DNA of 64,000 nt from Gemmatimonadaceae bacterium. Lineage in GTDB: Bacteria; Gemmatimonadota; Gemmatimonadetes; Gemmatimonadales; Gemmatimonadaceae. Numbering within the stretch: the first letter of the stretch is position 1; the number at the start of each line of letters is the position of its first letter. The notes beneath the pieces were generated by a model. That model was not told the origin of the DNA and searched no databases. It saw nothing but the letters and a program-made list of their open reading frames with translations. The DNA lies in assembly GCA_040901985.1 (NCBI GenBank), contig JBBDYC010000017.1, forward strand, positions 128,001-192,000, read 5' to 3'. A program made the translations under genes and the position numbers. Below are positions 48,840-57,233 of this stretch, piece by piece.

Positions 48840-50045
48840 TCATCTGTCGTTCCGCACCATCCCTGCCCCCTCGAGAATCCGCCGTGCCACCGCGCTCTTG
48901 TGCACCTCGTCGGGCCCGTCGTAGATCCGCGCGCCGCGCTCGTGGCGGTACCAGTACGCAAGCGGAGTCTCGTCCGTCATCCCCATCGCACCGTGTACCT
49001 GGATCGCCCGGTCGAGCACGCGCTGCAGCACGCCGGCGACGTGGAACTTGATCAGCGAGATCCCGTCGCGGGCCGCCGATGCGCCGTCGCGTTCGATCCG
49101 CTCCGCCACGTCGAGCACCAGCAGCCGCGCCGCATCCATCTCGGCGCGGCACTCGGCGATCCAATGCTGCACTGCCTGTTGCTGGCCGAGCACTTCGCCC
49201 GGTGCGAGCTCCCGCGTCGCCGCGCGCGCCACCATCAGGCGAAACGCGCGCTCCGAGATCCCGAGCCAGCGCATGCAGTGGTGGATCCGTCCCGGACCCA
49301 GTCGCTCCTGCGCGAGCGCAAACCCCGCGCCTTCGTCGCCGATCCGGTTCGCAATCGGGACGCGCACCCTCTCGAAGGTCAGCTCCGCGTGGCTGGCGTA
49401 GTCGCTCCCCGCGTCGCCCATCACCGGGATGTTGCGCACCAGCGTCAGGCCCGCCGCGTTCAGCGGCACGATGATCTGGCTCGCCCGCTTGTGGGGCGGC
49501 GCCGCGGCGTCGGTCACCGCCATCACGATCGTGAATGCCGCGCCCTCGGCCGACGACGTGAACCACTTGTGGCCGGTGATCACGTAGTCGTTGCCGTCGC
49601 GCACTGCTGTCGTGTCCATCCAGACCGGATTCGACCCCGCGTGCTCGGGTTCCGTCATCGCGAAGCAACTGCGGATATCACCGCGCGCCAACGGCTCAAA
49701 CCACTCCTTGCGCTGCGCCGCCGAGCCGTGCGAGAGCAACAGCTCCTGATTCCCGATGTCAGGCGCCTGACAATTGAAGAGGTAGTGCCCGGTCGGCGTC
49801 TCGCCGAGTACTGCGCTGACCTCGGCGAACTCGGGGAGCGTGAGTCCGAGTCCGCCGTGCGCCTTCGGGAGATGCGGCGCCCAGAACCCGGCGCGTTTCA
49901 CCTTCGCGCGCAACTCGGTGAGCTTCGGCAGCATCTCGCGGAAGCTGCGCGCAAAAAACTCCTGTTCGAGCGGGACCGCGTGCGTCTCGACGAAGGCGCG
50001 GATCCGTCGTAGCAGTTCCGTGTGTTTCTCGGACGCGCTCATCAT
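48840..50045 (-). CDS. Acyl-CoA dehydrogenase
   Basis: NCQAPDIGN, FAMTEP, GHKWF, RLGPGRIHHCMR, RIYDGPDEVH. Confidence 0.94.
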   Translation of the reverse strand: MMSASEKHTELLRRIRAFVETHAVPLEQEFFARSFREMLPKLTELRAKVKRAGFWAPHLPKAHGGLGLTLPEFAEVSAVLGETPTGHYLFNCQAPDIGNQELLLSHGSAAQRKEWFEPLARGDIRSCFAMTEPEHAGSNPVWMDTTAVRDGNDYVITGHKWFTSSAEGAAFTIVMAVTDAAAPPHKRASQIIVPLNAAGLTLVRNIPVMGDAGSDYASHAELTFERVRVPIANRIGDEGAGFALAQERLGPGRIHHCMRWLGISERAFRLMVARAATRELAPGEVLGQQQAVQHWIAECRAEMDAARLLVLDVAERIERDGASAARDGISLIKFHVAGVLQRVLDRAIQVHGAMGMTDETPLAYWYRHERGARIYDGPDEVHKSAVARRILEGAGMVRNDR

Positions 50046-50058
50046 CGCTCGCGCCGGT

Positions 50059-51645
50059 TCAGCGGCGTGCCGCGCGCTCGGCGCGCGCGGCGTCAACGAT
50101 CGCCTTCACCTCGGTCATCAGCGTCGGTCCGTGGTACGGCACACCGCCCTTGACCGTCCACTCCACGCCGAGGGTGCGCTGCTCCATTCCGTTCACGATC
50201 CGCGAGGTGCCGCCGGGATAGAGCACACGCAGGTCCTCCAGCGGGTTCCCGTCCACCACGATGATGTCGGCGAGGAATCCGGCGCGGATCCGGCCGAGTC
50301 GGTTTTCCTCGCCGAGCACGCGCGCGCCGTTGCCCGTGCAGTGCTGGACGACCTTCAGCGGGTGGAATCCCGCTTCCTGATGGAGCTCCATCTCGCGAAT
50401 CAGCCCGTAGCCATAGAGCTGGTAGATGAACCCCGCGTCGTCGCCGCAGGCGATCGTGCCGCCTTTGCGTTCGAAGTCACGCAGCGCGCGGAACCAGATC
50501 TGGTAGTTCTCCTTCCAGTAGATCTCGTCCGTGGAGCTCCAGCCGATGAAGTACGAGCCGTGGTTGGACGGATCCGGCTTGAAGTACTCCTCGAGCGCTG
50601 GGTGGAGGTAATCGCGGAACCAGGGAGAGGTCTGCGCGCGTTGGAGGTCGCGGCTCGCTTCGTAGATGTCGAGCGTCGGCACCCAGGCGACGTTGGCGCG
50701 GACCATCGAGGTCAGCACCGAGTCGAGCCGCGCCGGATCGGCTTCGCGCCAGAGCCGGCCTGCCCAGCGAAAGCGGTGCGTCTCGTTGTTGTAGTTGTAG
50801 TCGCTGGGGAAGTGCTGGCGGAGGTCGAGGATTGCCGCATCGGGAATCCCGTACCAGTGTTCGATCGTCGTCGTGCCGCCGGCGATGTCGTCCCAGACGT
50901 TCGTCTCCTCGACGCCGACGTGGTGGGCCACGCGAAGTCCCTGCTTCTTGGCCTCGTCGAGCATCGCCATCAGGATGTCGCGGTCGAGGCCGGCGATCTT
51001 GATGCCGTCGGCGCCCTGGGCCTTGAGCGCGCGCACGCGCTCCCGCGCCGCGGTCGGCGTGCGCACGCTGCCGAAGCGGAGGTAGGCATAGATCCGCGGC
51101 GAGGCGAGCGTCCCTGCGCGTTCGGCCGCGCGCACCGCGAGGAGTCCGGCCGTGCTGTCCGTGCCCACCTCGCGGATCGTCGTGATCCCCGAGGCGAGCC
51201 AGAGTTTGAGCGTGTAGTCGTAGGGCTGCGGATACCGCGCGCGGTTGGGCTGCAGGTGCGCGTGCGCATTGATCAGGCCCGGGAGGATGTACTTCCCCGT
51301 GGCATCAATCTCGGCGTCGGCCTGCGGCCGTCGCGCGCGTCCCTCGGCGATCGCCACCGGGTCGAGGAACGAGACCTGGGCGATCGTGTCGTTGACGATG
51401 AGGATGTCGGCCGGGCCGCGCGCTGGCGTGCCGTTGCCGTCCACGATGGTGGCGTTGCGGATGGCCAGCGAGCGGGTGCGCGTGGCGTGTTGCGCGGCGG
51501 CGCTTGGCGCCTGCGGAGTCGCGGCGGCCGGACGATTGGGTGGTGTTTGGGCCGTGGCCGGTGTGGCGGCGGCGAGGGCGAGGAGTGCGAGCAGGAATCG
51601 GGCGGGGGTCACGCGCGTAAGCTCCGGCTGGGAGGAGGATCGCAT
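50059..51645 (-). CDS. Exported amidohydrolase-family protein
   Basis: IDATGKYILPGLINAHAH, GRIRAGFLADIIVVDGNPL; signal peptide (start may be GTG 51612). Confidence 0.88.
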   Translation of the reverse strand: MRSSSQPELTRVTPARFLLALLALAAATPATAQTPPNRPAAATPQAPSAAAQHATRTRSLAIRNATIVDGNGTPARGPADILIVNDTIAQVSFLDPVAIAEGRARRPQADAEIDATGKYILPGLINAHAHLQPNRARYPQPYDYTLKLWLASGITTIREVGTDSTAGLLAVRAAERAGTLASPRIYAYLRFGSVRTPTAARERVRALKAQGADGIKIAGLDRDILMAMLDEAKKQGLRVAHHVGVEETNVWDDIAGGTTTIEHWYGIPDAAILDLRQHFPSDYNYNNETHRFRWAGRLWREADPARLDSVLTSMVRANVAWVPTLDIYEASRDLQRAQTSPWFRDYLHPALEEYFKPDPSNHGSYFIGWSSTDEIYWKENYQIWFRALRDFERKGGTIACGDDAGFIYQLYGYGLIREMELHQEAGFHPLKVVQHCTGNGARVLGEENRLGRIRAGFLADIIVVDGNPLEDLRVLYPGGTSRIVNGMEQRTLGVEWTVKGGVPYHGPTLMTEVKAIVDAARAERAARR

Positions 51646-51671
51646 ACGTTACGCCCCGCGCGCCCCGGACG

Positions 51672-52073
51672 CTATCTGGCGCCGCTCAGCTCCAGGCCGT
51701 CAGTCGCAATCGGCTCGAGTTTCGAGATTTGACGGGCATCCTCAGACCGCAGGGCGTGCCAGAGGTCCCAGCCCTGCTGGAGCCCGAGCCAGAACTCGGC
51801 GCTCATTCCTGTCACGCGAGCGAGACGCAGCGCAGTCTCCACTGTGACCCCGCGTTTCGCGTTAATGATCTCGTTCAGCCGAGGGAACGAAACACCGAGC
51901 CGAATCGCAAACGCCGACTGCGTGATTCCGAGCGGCTTAAGGAATTCCTCGAGCAGCATCTCGCCGGGATGTGTCGGTGGCCGGTTCTTCGGCAACTGCC
52001 GCGCGCCGTCAACCTTTGCAGCAGTCACTTGCCTAGTGGTAATCCGCAATCTCGACTTGGTGCGCATGGCCAT
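51672..52073 (-). CDS. higA: HigA antitoxin (XRE HTH)
   Basis: RPPTHPGEMLLEEFLKPLGITQ..RLNEIINAKRGVT..ALRL..FWLGLQ; start uncertain. Confidence 0.9.
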   Translation of the reverse strand: MAMRTKSRLRITTRQVTAAKVDGARQLPKNRPPTHPGEMLLEEFLKPLGITQSAFAIRLGVSFPRLNEIINAKRGVTVETALRLARVTGMSAEFWLGLQQGWDLWHALRSEDARQISKLEPIATDGLELSGAR

Positions 52074-52178
52074 CCTCCCACAGAAAGCAGATTCGGTATT
52101 GTCTGTTGATTCGAACGCTGAATTGGCTCGTCCATGGAACACGTCCGCAGTGGATCCGTTCGCGAACGAACGTATCAC
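52033..52178 (-). pseudogene. higB: higB (RelE-like) toxin pseudogene with internal deletion and frameshift
   Basis: N-terminus (V)IRSFANGSTADVFHGR and C-terminus QFSVRINRQYRICFLWEDGHAHQVEIADYH* lie in different frames; the span is only 146 nt. Confidence 0.85.
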
Positions 52179-52185
52179 GGTTAGT

Positions 52186-52214
52186 ATTATAATGGTTAGT
52201 GTTATAACTTGCAA
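52186..52214 (-). promoter_or_regulatory. Sigma70 promoter of higBA (probably leaderless)
   Basis: TTGCAA-17 bp-TATAAT, 7 nt before the GTG; two TTATAA boxes overlap it. Confidence 0.75.
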
Positions 52215-52299
52215 GCGTGACAACCAGCCCCTGAAGCTTTGTCGCCCGGCATAGCCATGCGACATCACTCGAACGCGCGTGAGTGTGCTAGAACGCACG

Positions 52300-52331
52300 G
52301 AGGGGCCGGACGCTTTCGCGTCCGGCCCCTC
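52300..52331 (-). terminator. Hairpin terminator after yceI
   Basis: 14-bp stem GAGGGGCCGGACGC with a GAAA loop on the minus strand. Confidence 0.75.
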
Positions 52332-52351
52332 GCGTGTCCTGCAAACCGCGC

Positions 52352-52894
52352 TTATGCCGCAGCCGTCGCGCCGCTCTCCGCCTGCGCCACCGCGGCCGCC
52401 TCGATCTCCAGCTTCACATCATCCGAAACCAGCACGCCGCCAAACTCGAGCGCCTGGTTCCAGTTGAGCCCCCACTCCGAGCGCGAGATCTTGCCGCTCA
52501 GCGAGAGCGATGTGCGCTGCAGGCCCCACGGATCCTTGATCGCCGTGGCGATCTCGCCCTTGAACGTGAGCGGCTTCGTCACGCCACGGATCGTGAGGTC
52601 GCCGATCACCGTGAGGTCGTCGCGGGTGCCGGTGATCTTGGTTGCCTTGAACGTCAGCTTCGGGTGATTGGCCGCGTCAAAGAAATCCGCCGACTTGAGA
52701 TGCGCATCGCGCTGCTCGTTGTTGGTCGAGATGCTTGCGGCGTCAATCTCCATCGTGAGCGCTGTCGGGATGCCGTCGTCGTTGGTGGCGCCGCTGGCGG
52801 TGAACGAATTGAATGCGCCGCGAACCGTCGAGATGGCGAGGTGCTTGACCGAAAACTCGACGTTGGCGTGGGTTGGATCGATGTTCCACAGCAT
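52352..52894 (-). CDS. YceI-family protein
   Basis: WNIDPTHANVEFSVKHL, RDAHLKSADFFD, GDLTIRGVTK. Confidence 0.93.
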   Translation of the reverse strand: MLWNIDPTHANVEFSVKHLAISTVRGAFNSFTASGATNDDGIPTALTMEIDAASISTNNEQRDAHLKSADFFDAANHPKLTFKATKITGTRDDLTVIGDLTIRGVTKPLTFKGEIATAIKDPWGLQRTSLSLSGKISRSEWGLNWNQALEFGGVLVSDDVKLEIEAAAVAQAESGATAAA

Positions 52895-52946
52895 TTTGAA
52901 CTCCAAGGGTGGGGGTCGCGTGTCAGATATCAGGTAACTGCAACGG

Positions 52947-54017
52947 CTACTTCAGTGGGCCGAGTGCCTCCGCGATCTGGGAACGCTCGGCTTCGAGCCA
53001 CGGCGGGAGCTTCAGTGCCTCGCCGAGTGATTCGAGCGGTTCGTCCGCAGTGAAGCCGGGGCCGTCCGTGGCGATTTCCAACAGATGGCCGTCCGGCGCC
53101 GAGAAGTAGATGGACGTGAAGTACTGGCGGTCCATCACCGGCGAGACGTTCAGGTCCAGCGACAGCAGATGTTCGCGCCACGCCAGTTGCTCCGCGGCGT
53201 CCTTCGCGCGGAACGCCACGTGATGCGTCTGGCCAGTGCCGGGGCGCGCCTTCGGATGCTTCGGCGACCAGCCGAAGAGCGTCCACGAGCTGTGCGGCAG
53301 CACGCGCGTCTTGTCGTAGTTGGCCCAGAACCAATGCGGAGTGTCCGGATCATCTTGGTTGATGGTCTTCTTGATCAAGCGAATGCCAAGTGCCTGTTCA
53401 TAGAAGTCACTCGCGCGCTCGATGTCGTCCGTCATGCCCGTGATGTGGTGCAGGCCCGAGAGCACCATATCGGGAGCGATGGTGTTCACCGGTTCCGCGT
53501 GGGTCGTCGCGGCGATTGTTGCTTCGTCGCGTGTGCCGCGGAGTTGTTCCGGCTTCTGTTGCATCACGCCGCGACCGAGCGCCTCGATTGGTTCATCGAG
53601 CGCGTAGCCTGGGCCCGCCGTGGCGATCTCCAGCACCTGGCCATCGGGATCGCGGAAGTAGAGCGACGTGAAGTAGCCGCGGGGCATCGGCCCCGACGTC
53701 CCGATGCCGCGATCGTTGAGATAGCGCTTCCACTGAAGCAGCGTCTCGTATGTGGCGGTCCCGAACGCGAGGTGATGCACGCCCCCGACGCCGTAGCGTC
53801 CTTGTGGGGCGGTGGGCCACTCGAAGAAGGTGACGAGCGTGCCCGGCGCGCCGGTGGGATCGCCGAAGTAGAGGTGGTACGAGCTGGGGTCGTCGAAGTT
53901 GACCGTTTGCTTCACCAGCCGGAGCCCAAGGACGTCATGATAGAACGCGAGCGTGCGGCGCGCGTCGGAGGCGACGAGGGTGATGTGGTGGAATCCGAGG
54001 GTAGTGAGCTTCGACAA
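52947..54017 (-). CDS. Ring-cleaving dioxygenase (MhqO/MhqA-like, tandem VOC)
   Basis: GFHHIT, KQTVNFDDP..YHLYFGD, DRQYFTSIYF, EIATDGPGF; internal duplication. Confidence 0.9.
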   Translation of the reverse strand: MSKLTTLGFHHITLVASDARRTLAFYHDVLGLRLVKQTVNFDDPSSYHLYFGDPTGAPGTLVTFFEWPTAPQGRYGVGGVHHLAFGTATYETLLQWKRYLNDRGIGTSGPMPRGYFTSLYFRDPDGQVLEIATAGPGYALDEPIEALGRGVMQQKPEQLRGTRDEATIAATTHAEPVNTIAPDMVLSGLHHITGMTDDIERASDFYEQALGIRLIKKTINQDDPDTPHWFWANYDKTRVLPHSSWTLFGWSPKHPKARPGTGQTHHVAFRAKDAAEQLAWREHLLSLDLNVSPVMDRQYFTSIYFSAPDGHLLEIATDGPGFTADEPLESLGEALKLPPWLEAERSQIAEALGPLK

Positions 54018-54037
54018 GTGACCTCTACTGGTTAATC

Positions 54038-54053
54038 TCTCACTACTAAGATA
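54038..54053. promoter_or_regulatory. Candidate MarR (MhqR-like) operator, copy 1
   Basis: TCTCACTACTAAGATA upstream of the dioxygenase; similar to the site at 54546. Confidence 0.5.
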
Positions 54054-54075
54054 CTAAGTCCCGAAATAGTTCCCG

Positions 54076-54546
54076 TCAACAGTCGGACTTGGGTTCCAGG
54101 GCGGCGGCTTCGGTGCCGAGGGTCTTGAGGAGGGCGGTCAGGCGGCGCTGATCTGCGAGGCCGAGGCCGCTCATCGCGCGTCGGATGACCTCGGCGTGGG
54201 CCGGGAAGATGTCGGCGACGAGCTTTGAGCCGTCGGGCGTGAGCTCGGCGTATCGGGCGCGGCGATCGGTGGGGCACAGGGCGCGCCGGACGAGGCCGCG
54301 TTTCTCGAGTTTGTCTATGAGAAACGTGGTGCCGCCGCTGGAGACTAGGATCTTCTTTTGGACCTCGCCGAGGAGCATTGGGCCCTTGTGGTGGAGGGCT
54401 TCGAGGATTGCGAACTCGGCTTCGGTGAGGTCGTGGGTGGTGATGTTGGCGCGGGCGTGGGCGGCTAGGGCCGCGGAGGCGCGGTTTAGGACCACCCAGA
54501 GTTTGAGAGCGGTGGCGGTGGGGGGGTCGCTTCGAACGGAATTCAT
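54076..54546 (-). CDS. MarR-family regulator (MhqR-like)
   Basis: EFAILEALHHKGP, KILVSSGGTTFLIDKLEKRGLV, DRR. Confidence 0.9.
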   Translation of the reverse strand: MNSVRSDPPTATALKLWVVLNRASAALAAHARANITTHDLTEAEFAILEALHHKGPMLLGEVQKKILVSSGGTTFLIDKLEKRGLVRRALCPTDRRARYAELTPDGSKLVADIFPAHAEVIRRAMSGLGLADQRRLTALLKTLGTEAAALEPKSDC

Positions 54547-54561
54547 CTCACTGTTAAGCTA
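54546..54561. promoter_or_regulatory. Candidate MarR (MhqR-like) operator, copy 2
   Basis: TCTCACTGTTAAGCTA abutting the regulator start codon. Confidence 0.5.
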
Positions 54562-54719
54562 TTGGACTGCAGTCTCGGGAGGCAAGGACACTAGCTCGGG
54601 CTGTTGGGGCCGCGTGCTTCAGGTGTGGTCGCCGGAGCACCTTCCGCAATGTCGCCTTGGGAGAGACCTTCGTGAGCGCGACCTGGCACACGCGCCGCCT
54701 CACACTCTCCAGGAAAGCA

Positions 54720-57233
54720 ATGGCTCGCCGAAAGAATCGCGACGAGACTTATAAGATGGCGATCGCGTTTCGCGACCGTTGCCTCAAAGGAAGCGGTTCG
54801 CTGCTGTTTCCCTCCGATGACTGCTGGACAATCGAGAACCTGCAGCGAGTTTGGACTCTCTTCGTCGAGAATCCAGACCTATCTGACCGCTCGTTCTATG
54901 AGAAGATCCAGGATCAACTGGGTGCGGCTCCCGAAGGCGCGCGTCGTGTGGCTGTTGATGCGATTGCCTTCTATTTCCTATTCCCTGACACGATCACCGC
55001 GAGCAAGAAGTTCGAGCGACTCACTGAGCTAATCGCGGGTCTAGGTATTGAATCTGGAGCTGATCTATCCGCGGTGCGGAGAGCCTTCGACGCCAATGGC
55101 ATCGGCGGACCCGGAACGTACTACTCCACCGGAGTTCCGTGGAATTTCGCTTTCATTATTGGATTCGCGATCGAGGCGAAGACGGGCGAGTGGGAGCTCG
55201 AAGATCCGGAATCACTCGCGAGCTGCGCTGACAAGGCAAGTGCGCGCCTCCCACAGAGCACGCAGTTGATGAAGAACGCGACGAAGCATCTCCTAATACC
55301 GGACTACTTTGAGCGCATCGCCTCCGACGGTCATCGCAACCTTGTCCTAGAACGATATGTTGACCTGGCGTCGACGGACGGCAGTGTTGATTCACGGCTG
55401 CTCGCGGTTCGCAGGGCACTCGAGAAACGATTGGGCCGTACGGACTTCGACTTCTATGATCCCGACCTTAAGGCGGAATGGGGCTCCGATGGGCGACCTG
55501 GTGAAACGATCGACGTCCCCACTGGCGACGTCGAGATGATTTCTCGTCGAGTATTCGTGGAGAAGAGTCGGGTTAAGGGGCGCCCTGACCGACTGAGCGG
55601 GCCGCACGCATTGGGCAAGGCACTCTGGTCTCCACAACGGTCAAAGAACGGTGGCGACATCTATCGCTTTATGCGTGAAGTACGGAGCGGAGACGTCGTT
55701 CTCCACATTACGGACAACGAAGGAATTACAGGAATTTCTATCGCGGACGCTGCTGTCGACGACAAGTTCCGCGGCGTTGACGGAACCGAATGGGCCCAGA
55801 CCCCGAGCTACCGCATTTCTTTGCGCGAATTCCATAAGCTCGAACCTCCGCTTCATCGATCCGTGATGTTTGGCGAGCCTGCGAGCTCACAACTAGTCGC
55901 CCTGCTGGATGGCGGTCTGCAGCACGTCTTCTTCAACAGGGAGCCGTCGTTTAATCAGGGGCACTACTTGACGCCGGCTCCGGTCTCTGTGCTGCAGGTG
56001 CTGAACGCGGCCTATCGACGCAAGACCGGTCGTGATTTAGTCCCCTTGGAGAGCACAGACATGCCCGCGGCTACGCCGGGAAGTTCTCCTCAAAAACGCG
56101 CAACCGCACTGGCGTTGGCATCCGATTCTTTTTCCGAAGCGCTTCGAAGTTCAGGAATCGTCTTTGGTGAGCGGCACGCAGAGACTGCGCGGACATTCGT
56201 TTCGAGTCTCGCCACCAAACGCTTCGTTATTCTGACGGGACTGTCGGGGTCCGGAAAGACTCAGCTCGCGATCAAGTTCGGTCAGTGGCTCGGCGGCGAG
56301 CAGTACATCGTGTTGCCGGTGCGTCCTGACTGGACTGGGTCGGAGGCTCTGTTCGGCTACGAGGACGCTCTTCAACCCGCGCGAGGAAACCTCCGCGCGT
56401 GGCATGCACCAGCCGCCCTGCAGTTCATACTGAAGGCCGCAGGAGATCCGGCTCGACCCTACTTGCTGGTGTTGGACGAGATGAATCTTGCACATGTCGA
56501 GCGTTACTTCGCAGAGATGCTTTCGGGCATGGAATCCGACGAACGGGTCCTGCCGAACCTTAAGAGAGAGCCGGACGGGCACTGGAGAATCTCCGATCCG
56601 GCGTCGCCACTCATCCCCGTACCAAAGAATCTCTTCGTGGTCGGGACCGTGAACATCGACGAAACGACCTACATGTTCTCTCCGAAGGTGTTGGACAGGG
56701 CCAATACAATAGAGTTTCGCGTCCCAACCGAAGCTTTGGGAGCACCGAACACGGAGATTCAGCCGGCGAAGTCTGGAAACTCTCAGGACGTCACTGCCTT
56801 CCTCTCGTCGGCATCGAAGCCGATCGAACCGCAATCTGAAGGTACCGCCGAGTTTTCCTCTCGCATCCGTTCGCTTCATGCTCTGCTTACAGAACACGGG
56901 TTCGAGTTCGGCCATCGCAGCTTTCGAGAAATGCACCGCTTCGCCGCACTTTATTTACAGGCCGGCGGCGGCAATGCCGTGGAAGCCCTCGACCTTCAAG
57001 TGATGCAAAAGGTGCTGCCGAGAATTTTTGGTGCGCGCCGACAGATGGAGCCCCTCCTGCTCGAGATTGCTCGATTCTGTATCGATCCCGATGCATTCGC
57101 CGATGGCCCCGCTGCTGGAGTCGATCCCACGACAGAGCTCTCGGAAGCGCCACTGCTGCCGCGGACCTTCGACAAGGTGCGCAGAATGATTGTCCTTGCT
57201 CGACAGAATCAGTATGTGGGTTTCACAGACTAG
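54720..57233 (+). CDS. mcrB: McrB-family AAA+ GTPase with a long two-domain N-terminus
   Basis: GLSGSGKT, VRPDW, LDEMNLAHVERYF, GTVNIDETT, FSPKVLDRA, QKVLPRI; lower GC. Confidence 0.85.
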   Translation: MARRKNRDETYKMAIAFRDRCLKGSGSLLFPSDDCWTIENLQRVWTLFVENPDLSDRSFYEKIQDQLGAAPEGARRVAVDAIAFYFLFPDTITASKKFERLTELIAGLGIESGADLSAVRRAFDANGIGGPGTYYSTGVPWNFAFIIGFAIEAKTGEWELEDPESLASCADKASARLPQSTQLMKNATKHLLIPDYFERIASDGHRNLVLERYVDLASTDGSVDSRLLAVRRALEKRLGRTDFDFYDPDLKAEWGSDGRPGETIDVPTGDVEMISRRVFVEKSRVKGRPDRLSGPHALGKALWSPQRSKNGGDIYRFMREVRSGDVVLHITDNEGITGISIADAAVDDKFRGVDGTEWAQTPSYRISLREFHKLEPPLHRSVMFGEPASSQLVALLDGGLQHVFFNREPSFNQGHYLTPAPVSVLQVLNAAYRRKTGRDLVPLESTDMPAATPGSSPQKRATALALASDSFSEALRSSGIVFGERHAETARTFVSSLATKRFVILTGLSGSGKTQLAIKFGQWLGGEQYIVLPVRPDWTGSEALFGYEDALQPARGNLRAWHAPAALQFILKAAGDPARPYLLVLDEMNLAHVERYFAEMLSGMESDERVLPNLKREPDGHWRISDPASPLIPVPKNLFVVGTVNIDETTYMFSPKVLDRANTIEFRVPTEALGAPNTEIQPAKSGNSQDVTAFLSSASKPIEPQSEGTAEFSSRIRSLHALLTEHGFEFGHRSFREMHRFAALYLQAGGGNAVEALDLQVMQKVLPRIFGARRQMEPLLLEIARFCIDPDAFADGPAAGVDPTTELSEAPLLPRTFDKVRRMIVLARQNQYVGFTD

